Below the pieces are notes generated by a model. It did not search any database. It saw only the letters and a list, made by a program, of their open reading frames with translations, and was not told the origin of the DNA. Positions 15,171 through 24,333 of a DNA stretch of 64,000 nt are shown in pieces. Each line of letters starts with the position of its first letter. Positions within the stretch are counted from its first letter, which is position 1. The stretch is from an uncultured archaeon (lineage in GTDB: Archaea; Asgardarchaeota; Thorarchaeia; Thorarchaeales; Thorarchaeaceae): contig CAYWJO010000007.1 in assembly GCA_964458565.1 (NCBI GenBank), positions 37,154 to 101,153 of the forward strand, read 5' to 3'. A program made the position numbers and the translations under genes.

Positions 15171-16073
15171 TTGAATGCAAGATTAGTAGTTTTATATAAC
15201 AACAAAGCCCCAGCTAACAGTCCTTTCAAGAGTTCAAACGGGCTCAGTTGGTATTTAGAGTTTGAAGACCAGCATATTCTATTTGATTTGGGATTGAAGG
15301 GATCGACACTTTTACACAATATGGAACAAATAGGAATTAGTCCTGACGATATCGATATACTTGTCCTATCACACGCTCATATTGACCACACAGGTGCCTT
15401 ACCTGATTTCCTTAAAGCTCGAACTACTGCAAAAAAACTCCTAGTTATTGCCCATCCAAGTGTACTGGAACCAAAACGTGCTGCTCGTTTGTTGAATATT
15501 GGATTACCTGACCTAGATTTAGAACTTAAGCAACGGGTTCGGTTACAGATGACTGATGCCCCATACGCCATCAATCCATTTGTGTTCACAACAGGGGAAA
15601 TCTCTGACCGTAGCGAAAAGGATGGCACAGGATGGGTGATGCAACATCTGTTTGATGGACATTGGTCCACAGATCCCATATTGGATGACCAATCAATCGT
15701 CCTGAGTACCAAAAAGGGGCTAATTGTAATTTGTGGGTGTTGCCATGCTGGTTTGATTAACACATGCAACCATGTCAAGAATATGGTTCATTCAAGAATC
15801 ATCCATGTGTTAGGCGGGACTCACACCAGATCCTTCTCTCGTGATCAAATGGAATATATTGGGGACAAACTCGAATTGGAACTTGAGCTTCCAAATCTCT
15901 CTCTTGGTCATTGCGTGGGTCGTAAACAGTTACAGTATCTGAAAGACCGGTTTGGAACAAAACTAGTGGGAGAATTAGAGGTCGGAGATGAGTTCACTTT
16001 CGAACTATCCGTACCTGATCCAATGGTGATGCAGGAAATCTGGCGAATACAGAATCATCCGGCATCCGACTAA
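15171..16073 (+). CDS. MBL-fold metallo-hydrolase of the MJ0301-like (pterin-pathway-associated) type
   Basis: LVVLYNNKA.....GLSWYLEFEDQHILFDLG......N....GI...DIDILVLSHAHIDHTGAL. The in-frame TTG at 15171 sits directly after the stop of the preceding gene. The ORF-track start at 15105 overlaps that gene. Confidence 0.75.
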   Translation: MNARLVVLYNNKAPANSPFKSSNGLSWYLEFEDQHILFDLGLKGSTLLHNMEQIGISPDDIDILVLSHAHIDHTGALPDFLKARTTAKKLLVIAHPSVLEPKRAARLLNIGLPDLDLELKQRVRLQMTDAPYAINPFVFTTGEISDRSEKDGTGWVMQHLFDGHWSTDPILDDQSIVLSTKKGLIVICGCCHAGLINTCNHVKNMVHSRIIHVLGGTHTRSFSRDQMEYIGDKLELELELPNLSLGHCVGRKQLQYLKDRFGTKLVGELEVGDEFTFELSVPDPMVMQEIWRIQNHPASD

Positions 16074-16130
16074 TACGAGTTCGTCAATAGTCGAAATCCT
16101 TATCTTCTAGCTCTGAGGAAATAATTCCAC

Positions 16131-16856
16131 ATGTCAACTCAGACATCAGCTAGGGAAAGGCTTGCCAAAAGGATTGCTGGCGAGATTGCATTGTCTGATA
16201 TGCCCGGACAAACTATGCGTATTTGGAGAGAGCGATTCAGGCTCCCCCAGATTGTACTAGCTGACTATCTGAATATCAGCCCCAGTGTGATAAGTGACTA
16301 TGAGTCAGGGCGAAGAAAATCCCCTGGGACTGCAACAATACGTCGTTTTGTCATGGCACTTCTTGCATTGGATGAGCGAAATGGGGGTCAAGTCATTTCG
16401 GCTTTCCTTCGTCTGATGGATGTTTCCTTAGTCGACATGAACATAGTATTAGCCATGAGTGATTTTCGATCCCCCATCACGATTCGTGAATTCTGTAAGC
16501 AACTGAAATGTGATATTCTTACGGGAGAATCCATGTTAGATAAGGAACTCTATGGCTACACATTGGTTGATGTTGAACGTGCAGTAAAGGAACTTGATAA
16601 TGAGGCTTTTCTCAAGTTATTTGGGGCGACAACTGAACGTTGTTTGCTATTTACTAAAGTGAGTACTGGCCGGGCGCCTCTGATTGCAATCAAGTCTCAA
16701 GAATTCAAGCCCACACTCGTTATATTACATGGTGCGAGTGAGGTTGACAGATTAGCTTTGGACCTCTCAGAACAGATGAGAATCCCCCTTGCAGTCAGCA
16801 GAATCGGACCGATTGAGTCTCTTGTTAAAGAACTCAGAGGTGTAGACCCTAATTAA
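16131..16856 (+). CDS. XRE-type helix-turn-helix transcriptional regulator with an archaeal C-terminal domain
   Basis: HTH segment LPQIVLADYLNISPSVISDYESGRRKSP. 241 aa, and the architecture resembles conserved archaeal HTH regulators (COG1395-like). Confidence 0.65.
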   Translation: MSTQTSARERLAKRIAGEIALSDMPGQTMRIWRERFRLPQIVLADYLNISPSVISDYESGRRKSPGTATIRRFVMALLALDERNGGQVISAFLRLMDVSLVDMNIVLAMSDFRSPITIREFCKQLKCDILTGESMLDKELYGYTLVDVERAVKELDNEAFLKLFGATTERCLLFTKVSTGRAPLIAIKSQEFKPTLVILHGASEVDRLALDLSEQMRIPLAVSRIGPIESLVKELRGVDPN

Positions 16857-17767
16857 CCGAGAATCATCTTAAGAATCGCCATTCTAGTAACTACACCACT
16901 GTAGACTTGATCAAAGTACTTTGCATGGGGCGTAGCATCAACATCAGGATCAATTTCATCTACTCGTGGGAGTGGATGCAAGATTATTGCTTCAGGTTTC
17001 ATCTGTTCTACTTCATTCATCGTAATGCGGAATTTACCCTTTACAGAATCATATTCACGAATATCAGGGAATCGTTCTTTCTGTATTCGTGTCATGTAAA
17101 CTACATCAACATCTTTCACCGCATCTTCCAGATTCTCCACTTCTTCCACTTCGATTCCAGCTTCTTTCATCTCATTAATGATTGTGGGTTTCATTCTGAG
17201 AGCTTGAGGTGCTGCCAGTTTGACCTTGACATTATAATATCTAAGCGCAAGACCGAGGGAATGTACTGTTCGTCCGTACTTCAAATCTCCACAGAGGGAT
17301 ATCGTAATTCCGTCAATCGAGTTTTTCATTTTCTTTATCGAGTATAAGTCTAAGAGTGCCTGTGTTGGATGTTCTTCAGATCCGCTTCCTGCATTGATAA
17401 CGGGAATTTTAGAGAACTCAGATGCCACTCGTGCTGAACCATCTAGTGGATGACGAATGACAATAATATCTGCATAACGCTCTACAGTTCTTATTGTATC
17501 TGCAAGTGTTTCCCCTTTCCCCCCGGCACTAGTTGCTATCACATCAGCAAACCCGAGCACCTTACCACCAAGCCGGAGCATCGCACTCTCAAATGAAAGT
17601 CTGGTTCTTGTAGATGCTTCAAAGAAGAGAGTTGCCATTATCTTGTTGCTTAGCTCATTAGATCTATCGATTGCAATTTTCTCCATACTTGCTGCATTGT
17701 CCAAAATGAGATCGATATCTTCCCTTTTCAGGTCGTGAATACTAATTAGATTATGAAGCTTACCCAT
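16853..17767 (-). CDS. pyrB: aspartate carbamoyltransferase catalytic subunit
   Basis: FFEASTRTRLSFE, RHPL, HPTQALLD and HPLPRVDEI, in 304 aa. Confidence 0.95.
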   Translation of the reverse strand: MGKLHNLISIHDLKREDIDLILDNAASMEKIAIDRSNELSNKIMATLFFEASTRTRLSFESAMLRLGGKVLGFADVIATSAGGKGETLADTIRTVERYADIIVIRHPLDGSARVASEFSKIPVINAGSGSEEHPTQALLDLYSIKKMKNSIDGITISLCGDLKYGRTVHSLGLALRYYNVKVKLAAPQALRMKPTIINEMKEAGIEVEEVENLEDAVKDVDVVYMTRIQKERFPDIREYDSVKGKFRITMNEVEQMKPEAIILHPLPRVDEIDPDVDATPHAKYFDQVYSGVVTRMAILKMILG

Positions 17768-17818
17768 ATAGCCACAATCCTAGACTATCTGGGATTTTTC
17801 AACTAAGATATACCTTCT

Positions 17819-18307
17819 TTAACCTTCCTGATTGTTAGATGCATTTCTCCCATATTTTCTCACTATGTCTATTTTTCTAACAGTGAGATCTGCCTCTCTG
17901 ACAAGTTGGGCTGCAAGTTCATCATCGTATTCTTCGATATAGATTATCTCATTGATACCTGCATTGATTATCATCTTTGTACAGATACTGCAAGGTTTGG
18001 TTGTACCGTAAATCTTTGCACCACGAACACTCACACCATGATAAGCAGCTTGAATAATCGCATTTTGCTCTGCATGAAGTCCTCGACAGAGTTCGTGGCG
18101 TTCACCGGGTTTTACTCCCAACTGCTCTCTGATACATCCAACCTCATCACAGTGCGGTAATCCCTTTGGAGCTCCATTATAACCAGTGGATAGAATTTGG
18201 CCGTCTTTAACTATGACGGCTCCTACTTGATTTCTTAGGCAGGTACTCCTAGATGAAACCAGATCTGAAATCTCACCAAAGTATACATCCTTGCTCTTTC
18301 GTTTCAA
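17819..18307 (-). CDS. dCMP deaminase (ComEB/CDA family)
   Basis: Zinc-binding motifs HAEQNAI and PCSICTKMI, in 162 aa. Confidence 0.9.
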   Translation of the reverse strand: MKRKSKDVYFGEISDLVSSRSTCLRNQVGAVIVKDGQILSTGYNGAPKGLPHCDEVGCIREQLGVKPGERHELCRGLHAEQNAIIQAAYHGVSVRGAKIYGTTKPCSICTKMIINAGINEIIYIEEYDDELAAQLVREADLTVRKIDIVRKYGRNASNNQEG

Positions 18308-18436
18308 TGGTCATTCATTCCTTGATTATTCCACTCGTGTGTGATTGAATTCCTCTTAAGAAGTTCACCTTAGTCATAGATGGGAAAGATAAAAAGAACA
18401 CACCTTTTGAGAATAGATATCTCCTCAATTAGATGG

Positions 18437-18793
18437 ATGATTTCAAAGATGCGTAAGAAAGACGGTATTGTGATTTGGCCTGCATATATAGACTCAACAT
18501 TGTCTCGTTCAGAGGGACGAAGGATTCCTAAAAATCTGGCTGCACCTACTGTCACGGTCTCTATATTGGCAAAGGCAGCAGAGGCTTCCGCAATGGAATA
18601 TAAAATCGAGCAGTCAAAACTCTATCCACGTACATGGATAAGCGGTAATAGTGGTTACATAGTCGTGAAGGGAACAAGTCATCCCAAGAAAAGATTACTC
18701 TTGATGCTGGCTAAGAGTGTAAGAAAGATTGTTGCACAACGCGAATCTGCTACTAAGGAATCTAAGAAGAAGAGTAAAAAACGACGAAAGTAG
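18437..18793 (+). CDS. srp19: signal recognition particle protein SRP19
   Basis: IVIWPAYIDSTLSRSEGRRIPK...LYPRTW plus a Lys-rich tail. The likely start is ATG 18437 or 18449 rather than the track start at 18380. Confidence 0.85.
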   Translation: MISKMRKKDGIVIWPAYIDSTLSRSEGRRIPKNLAAPTVTVSILAKAAEASAMEYKIEQSKLYPRTWISGNSGYIVVKGTSHPKKRLLLMLAKSVRKIVAQRESATKESKKKSKKRRK

Positions 18794-18807
18794 GAGATTT
18801 ATGTATA

Positions 18808-19050
18808 ATGCGGCGTCTTGGTGAAGTCTTACATCTTTCAAAACGTGGCTCTTTGATCCTTAGAACTGAGAAGACTCCTCCCATTGGACACCATGCTCTT
18901 GTTCTAGATAAGAAGGCAAACAGAATTGGTACCATAATCGATGTATTTGGTCCAGTTGGAAATCCCTACGTGGCAATTCGACCGTTCAATAACACAAATT
19001 CCGAATCTCTGATAGGGCAAGTATTATACCTTCAGAAGAAAGAAAAATGA
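18808..19050 (+). CDS. gar1: H/ACA ribonucleoprotein component Gar1
   Basis: LGEVLHLSKRGSLILR...IGTIIDVFGPVGNPYVAIRP in 80 aa. It sits directly after srp19, a common archaeal arrangement. Confidence 0.85.
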   Translation: MRRLGEVLHLSKRGSLILRTEKTPPIGHHALVLDKKANRIGTIIDVFGPVGNPYVAIRPFNNTNSESLIGQVLYLQKKEK

Positions 19051-19184
19051 CGTACACAAATGTACATTAGGGAACATTCTATATCATAAAGGATGCGATT
19101 ATGTTTGGCACCTTCCGAAATCTAAATAATCCTCCATATACTATGGCTAGTATTGCCATGTGTCTAATATCAAGGGTCATACCA

Positions 19185-19526
19185 ATGAACGAGATAGCAA
19201 CCCAAATCCTAAGCGTACTTCGCGCTGCAGGTAGTAGTGGCTTGCTAATTGATGAACTTATAGACAAGATTGGCGTCGACGCAGATACAATTACAGAAAC
19301 CTTAGACAAGTTATCAACAGAGGGACTAATAATGCAGAAACAAGAACTAAAAAATGAACAACCCACGATTAGAGCACATATTGGCAATGAACCTGATGGA
19401 AGCAGCATGACAGATTTGAATGGCTGTCCGTGTTTCCATTGTCTCAGAATAGGCCGATGCGGTCTCAGGCAACCTGATTCTCCAGCTGACTGTAGAGAAC
19501 TAGAGTCTTGGATGGGTTCCAGCTAG
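19185..19526 (+). CDS. winged-helix protein with a C-terminal Cys cluster (possibly TFE-beta/RPC34-like)
   Basis: The N-terminus (ILSVLRAAGSSGLLIDELIDKIGVDADTITETLDKLSTEGLI) reads as a wHTH. The C-terminus is GCPCFHCLRIGRCG....DC, with five Cys. The start is taken at ATG 19185 (MNEIATQ). Confidence 0.45.
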   Translation: MNEIATQILSVLRAAGSSGLLIDELIDKIGVDADTITETLDKLSTEGLIMQKQELKNEQPTIRAHIGNEPDGSSMTDLNGCPCFHCLRIGRCGLRQPDSPADCRELESWMGSS

Positions 19527-19530
19527 GAAC

Positions 19531-20142
19531 CTATTCATTCTCCACACGCTTCTTTGGATTTGCTGCGAGGAGATATATTTCCGCGCTAGTTTGTCTTGAG
19601 GCATGAGGTTTTACTAATCTTACAGATCCGAATTTATTACGAGTTTCCTGCAGGAATTGTTGAAATCCTGCACCCTGAAAGACTTTTGTCACAACTTTTC
19701 CTTTTGCTCCTAATAATGTGATTCCAATTTCCAGAGTTATCTCTGCCAATTCTAATTGTCGTGCAACATCTAACTCCCAATGACCACTTACCTTCGGTGA
19801 ACAATCTGATATAATAAGGTCTGCCTTTCCTCCTATCAGTTCCTCAACCTGGCTAATGACTTTTGGATCTGTTATATCTCCCTGAACAAATTTGACGCTC
19901 TCAATAGGCTGCATTTGGTCCAAATCAACCGCCACAATCTCGAGGCCTTTATCAAACTCGAGAAGTACCTGCGTCCAACTTCCAGGACTGGAACAGAGTT
20001 CAACTACTTTATCAACACCCTTGAGCAGATTATATTTTTCAATCAACTGTCTTAGTTTGTAGGCTGAACGAGCTCTATAACCATGTTTCTTAGCAGCCTG
20101 GTAGTAATGCTCTTTTGTTCTTGGTCGCCTTGGTCTTCCCAT
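19531..20142 (-). CDS. rlmE: 23S rRNA (uridine-2'-O)-methyltransferase RlmE/FtsJ
   Basis: GYRARSAYKLRQL, VVELCSSPGSWTQV and DLIISDCSPKVSG. Confidence 0.9.
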   Translation of the reverse strand: MGRPRRPRTKEHYYQAAKKHGYRARSAYKLRQLIEKYNLLKGVDKVVELCSSPGSWTQVLLEFDKGLEIVAVDLDQMQPIESVKFVQGDITDPKVISQVEELIGGKADLIISDCSPKVSGHWELDVARQLELAEITLEIGITLLGAKGKVVTKVFQGAGFQQFLQETRNKFGSVRLVKPHASRQTSAEIYLLAANPKKRVENE

Positions 20143-21342
20143 TTATTCACTCGCCCTGTTTATGTGTTCGATAGTTTTTGCAATATATTCGATATCTGCA
20201 TTGGTTCTAATTGCTGTTGGTCTGAAGTGGGTCCTACTCACATCATATCCATTGTTCCTTAATGCTTCTATGATATCACCTGTTTTTGGTGGTCTATTAT
20301 CATGAAGATCACAGAGTTCATGAATATCAACATAGAGGTTATCTGTTAGATTATGCTCCTCAATCATCAGCTCCAATATGCGTATTGCTCTTTTTTCAAA
20401 AACGAAATCGTTTTCCCTGTATAGCTCACACGCGTTGCTCAATATCCTTTTGTCATACAAATTTCCAATCCAAAGTGGACCTGCTACTCTACCCTTACCT
20501 TCACATCTATCGCATCTGCTATGCAAACTTTTCGAATTTAACAATGATACTTTCCATCCACTCATACATTTTGGGCAGTAGTAGATGAACCCAATCTGAT
20601 TCGCCTGTTTGTTGGTAGTTTTCCTTTCTGCATCTACTTTGAGCCATAATCGCACATAATGGTCTGTACTGAGAGAAATTAATGGGTTGATTGCTCGGTC
20701 ATTCATTCCTGCAACATGGTATATCAGACCAATGAGCAGACGTATTGCAATCTCATGCAGAAATGGTGCCTTTATGGAAATACCCCCATACTTTCTGAGT
20801 GCAACTCTTGGAAACACTCCACATAGCACCGGCATATCTGTTGCTGTGACAGCCAATAGTCCGTTTTTTGGAACCAGTGATTGGATTGCTGCATTGATGA
20901 ACACAGCAGGTGAACCAAACGGGTCGACGTCAACATAGTCAAATCGCTTCCCCCTTGATTCCGATAAAAGGAGCAATTTAGCATCCCCCGTCAGTACTTT
21001 TGCACGATGTTGGAGATTATTATGTTCTATATTTTGTTTGGCAATTTTGGATGCTTCGGGATTGATGTCAAACATCAGGCCTTCATAATCACCTATTCCT
21101 TCGTTTAGGTATCTTAGAGTTCTCACTCCTGAGCTCGCAAGAGGTTCACAAAAGTTCTTGATGGGATACATTTGATTATAGGTTGAGAGAAACAGTACTG
21201 AGAGGTCTCGATTTACTACCATTCGAGGGTTATAGAAGATGGGAAGCGAGGCTTTTGGCTGTGTCTTATTCTCACTATAATGATCAAGATCTGCACTGAA
21301 GAAGGGTGTTCTTCCTTCATAATACTCCTTGAGCTTCACCAT
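20143..21342 (-). CDS. trm1: tRNA (guanine26-N2)-dimethyltransferase Trm1
   Basis: FYNPRMVVNRDLSV, DYVDVDPFGSP and a C-terminal Cys4 (CPKC...CDRC). It abuts rlmE with no gap. Confidence 0.9.
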   Translation of the reverse strand: MVKLKEYYEGRTPFFSADLDHYSENKTQPKASLPIFYNPRMVVNRDLSVLFLSTYNQMYPIKNFCEPLASSGVRTLRYLNEGIGDYEGLMFDINPEASKIAKQNIEHNNLQHRAKVLTGDAKLLLLSESRGKRFDYVDVDPFGSPAVFINAAIQSLVPKNGLLAVTATDMPVLCGVFPRVALRKYGGISIKAPFLHEIAIRLLIGLIYHVAGMNDRAINPLISLSTDHYVRLWLKVDAERKTTNKQANQIGFIYYCPKCMSGWKVSLLNSKSLHSRCDRCEGKGRVAGPLWIGNLYDKRILSNACELYRENDFVFEKRAIRILELMIEEHNLTDNLYVDIHELCDLHDNRPPKTGDIIEALRNNGYDVSRTHFRPTAIRTNADIEYIAKTIEHINRASE

Positions 21343-21604
21343 AGGTCTTCTTTCTGATAGAACCCTGTTGCATTAATAAACGAGTGGGAGTAAGTGTCAT
21401 GGCCCGAAACCGCACCTGTCATAGAAAAGAAGCCGCTACTCAGCAAGTGGGGGAAAATGAGTATATTGGAGGCTCTTAGAGGACCATGACATATCTCTGT
21501 TATCATAGCCCCTTTTGAAGTCCTAGTTATTTGTTCACAATCCACAACCTCTAAGTGGGATTAGATACCCATGCAAATTGAATACCATTTAGTGGTGGTA
21601 GATT

Positions 21605-22093
21605 ATGGCTACAAAAGTTAGAATAGACACACAATATGGTCCGATTCATGCAGAATTCTGGAATGATGATGCTATAAACACGGTCAAGAATTTCATCGTG
21701 CTTGCCCAGAGTGGTTATTACGATGGACTGACATTCCATCGAGTGGTTGACGATTTCGTTATACAGGGCGGAGACCCAACCGGTTCTGGTAGTGGAGGTC
21801 CTGGCTACGCAATACCCTGTGAAACCCGAGGTCATAGACAGAAGCACGAAGATGGGTCCTTCTCAATGGCTCATGCAGGCCGCGACACTGGTGGTAGTCA
21901 ATTCTTCATTGTTTTAAACAAGAACAGCACTAAGCACCTTGATGGTCGACACACAGTCTTTGGTAAGGTCACAGAAGGTTTTGACATTGTCCAGAAGATC
22001 AAACAGGGTGATAAGATGCTAAAAGTAGAAGTACTTGAAGTAGACCCTGAGATTGAAAGTCACGAACTTCAGAAACTCAAATCTTGGAGATAG
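21605..22093 (+). CDS. cyclophilin-type peptidyl-prolyl cis-trans isomerase
   Basis: FHRVVDDFVIQGGDPTGSGSGGPGY, MAHAG.DTGGSQFFI and HTVFGKV. Confidence 0.95.
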   Translation: MATKVRIDTQYGPIHAEFWNDDAINTVKNFIVLAQSGYYDGLTFHRVVDDFVIQGGDPTGSGSGGPGYAIPCETRGHRQKHEDGSFSMAHAGRDTGGSQFFIVLNKNSTKHLDGRHTVFGKVTEGFDIVQKIKQGDKMLKVEVLEVDPEIESHELQKLKSWR

Positions 22094-22113
22094 TTACATA
22101 GTCCACTTGAGGG

Positions 22114-23004
22114 ATGAGCTTGAGATACGGATTAGTCCCCCTTGAATTCAAACCCACTGTTGACCGAATAATCACTGACGGTAAACCTGATTTCTCTCGG
22201 TTCAACATTGTTGATATGGTTAGAGATGCTGTACAGATTGAACACATTAGTGTCATAGAGGTCACGATGGACGTTTGGTATGTGATTCCTGGAGCTCTTA
22301 CTCCTGATACAATAAATCAGCTAGCAGAGCTCAAGGACGACTATGGACACTCCTATACTGCTCATCTTCCTCTCTGGTCTATTGAACTTGCAACGTTTAA
22401 TGACCCGGTTAGAACAGGTGGTGTAAGGAGTATTGTTGATTCCATCAAACTGGTTGAGCCTCTTGAACCCGAATTCTACGTGTTACATTCTACAGGCTCA
22501 CTAGCCGCAGAGTTTGCAAGGTTGGATTTTGCTAAAGAGATGGTGAACGTGATATGCACAGCAATGGCAGGATTTTCAGCTACAAGTGTTGAAGAAATTC
22601 TGGCCCAGAGTGAGATAGACCCTCGACGAATTGCTGTGGAAAATGTTGAATTCCCCTTTGAGACAACTCGTGCAATAATTGATGAGTATGACCTGAGCAT
22701 CTGTTTTGATACGGGACACCTCTTGACCAAGTATTCTGGTAACGAGTCTGTACTTGAGTTCTATCAAGAGCACAAAGACCGTATTACTGAACTCCACCTG
22801 AATGATGGTACATATAGAGAGGTAGACGGGGTCCCTATTCATGCCGATCATCTTGCCCTTGGAACTGGAGAGCTCCCTGTAAGGGAATTTCTTCTTGAAT
22901 TACTCAAGGATGACTTTGACGGACCTATGATCTTTGAGCTTACCGCTGAAGAGGCTCGTCAATCCTTACAGAAAATTCATGAAGTTATACCCGAGGCAAT
23001 TTAA
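22114..23004 (+). CDS. xylose-isomerase-like TIM-barrel protein (sugar phosphate isomerase/epimerase family)
   Basis: 296 aa with family-like segments VLHS, ENVEFP, CFDTGHL and ELHLNDG....H..LG.GELP. Confidence 0.65.
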   Translation: MSLRYGLVPLEFKPTVDRIITDGKPDFSRFNIVDMVRDAVQIEHISVIEVTMDVWYVIPGALTPDTINQLAELKDDYGHSYTAHLPLWSIELATFNDPVRTGGVRSIVDSIKLVEPLEPEFYVLHSTGSLAAEFARLDFAKEMVNVICTAMAGFSATSVEEILAQSEIDPRRIAVENVEFPFETTRAIIDEYDLSICFDTGHLLTKYSGNESVLEFYQEHKDRITELHLNDGTYREVDGVPIHADHLALGTGELPVREFLLELLKDDFDGPMIFELTAEEARQSLQKIHEVIPEAI

Positions 23005-23077
23005 GATACTGTTCTACGAGCGTGATTGCTAAGGCACATACTGACATAGCCCGAAACTCTGAGGACTGTGAACTATA

Positions 23078-23998
23078 ATGACTACCAAGATGCGCTCGTT
23101 TCATTGGAAGGATGACTTTGAATTAGTAAAGTCCTTTCTAATTGAGACATTTGAGTTGACTCCGTACCACAACTGGATTCCTTCAAGACTCGAAAATGTA
23201 AGATTTGGTCCTTGTGGGCCCGAATACCAAGATGAAGAGGACGAATATATCAAAATTTGGGAGGAAATTACAGATTTAGGTACAAAGATAATAGCTGTAT
23301 CCTATATGAAACCATCACTGGAATGTTGGATTCATACACATCCTGATTACAAGCACGTTGAGAGAGAGATCATTCTCTGGACTGAGAATCATGCAAAAGA
23401 GATGAAACCCGATGCAGGTGAACGAAAAATCAGCTTCATCACGCGTGACATAGATGAGAAGCGCGTTTCACTATTGAACGAAATGGGTTATCAAGAGATT
23501 GAGCTATATGGAGACTTACAAGTACGCCCTACTGATTTACCTGCTCCTGATTATACAGTGCCTGATGGATTCTCGATCACACACGCTCTCATGGAGCAAG
23601 ATTTTGAGAAATACACAGAAGTACAAGGATCTGTCTTTCCACACTGCAAAAATATGACTAAGAAGTTGCTGATGCATTATGCTTCAGCTTCGTTCTACAA
23701 CGCAGAACTTGATATTGTAGCTGTAGCTCCAGATGGCAGGTTTGCTGCATTCTGTACAGTGCGAATAGATCCCGTAAGCAAAATCGCTGAACTAGAACCC
23801 GTTGGTACAAATCCTGAGTTCAGGAAATTGGGCCTTGCGAGAGCTGTGGTACTAGAGGGACTACATCGTGTTAAGAAATACAATCCTTCCGCGATATGCA
23901 TACCTGGTGCTGCAGCGACTGAGGGGGCGCGGAATCTCTACAAATCAGTTGGTTTCCAAATAATCGGTGGCGAATACCTCTGGAATAAGACGATTTAG
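23078..23998 (+). CDS. GNAT-family N-acetyltransferase (two-lobed, about 306 aa)
   Basis: C-terminal acetyl-CoA-binding-like segment ELEPVGTNPEFRKLGLARAVVLEGL......A....GA....ARNLYKSVGF. Confidence 0.7.
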   Translation: MTTKMRSFHWKDDFELVKSFLIETFELTPYHNWIPSRLENVRFGPCGPEYQDEEDEYIKIWEEITDLGTKIIAVSYMKPSLECWIHTHPDYKHVEREIILWTENHAKEMKPDAGERKISFITRDIDEKRVSLLNEMGYQEIELYGDLQVRPTDLPAPDYTVPDGFSITHALMEQDFEKYTEVQGSVFPHCKNMTKKLLMHYASASFYNAELDIVAVAPDGRFAAFCTVRIDPVSKIAELEPVGTNPEFRKLGLARAVVLEGLHRVKKYNPSAICIPGAAATEGARNLYKSVGFQIIGGEYLWNKTI

Positions 23999-24160
23999 GA
24001 CAGATTCTCTATCAGGAATACCACGATACCTATCTGTCTCTTCATGACATCATGAAAATCAAATTTGCCTAAAGTTATTGGGTTTTGACTGGCTTGTGAA
24101 TGGTCAACGAATATTGCAGTAACGTTTTTATCGGAACGCTCTCCCCCAACTATCACCCAT

Positions 24161-24266
24161 GGGCCCGTGGCATAGCCTGGTGAAATCGACCACGGTCATT
24201 TCGGGTTTTTATTGCGCCGCTCTGATAAGGCGGATGTCGGGTGTTCAAATCACCCCGGGCCCACCA
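24161..24266 (+). tRNA. tRNA-Ile (anticodon GAU) with a 27-30 nt insertion in the D arm; CCA is encoded
   Basis: Hand fold: acceptor GGGCCCG/CGGGCCC, D arm GCAT-AGCCTGGT...[insertion containing hairpin GAAATcGAC-cacg-GTCATTTC]...(A)TTGC, anticodon arm CCGCT-CTGATAA-GGCGG, variable ATGTC, T arm GGGTG-TTCAAAT-CACCC. Confidence 0.8.
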
Positions 24267-24333
24267 CTTTCTATTGAATTGAACCCAATCCTTTTTCACA
24301 AAGTACAACTCATGTTATTTGCTGTTGTTTGCT

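Noticed and set aside
21336-21847. Two minus-strand ORFs (69 and 98 aa) in and next to the trm1-cyclophilin spacer
   Set aside because: The second runs antisense through the start of the well-supported cyclophilin gene. Neither has recognisable features.
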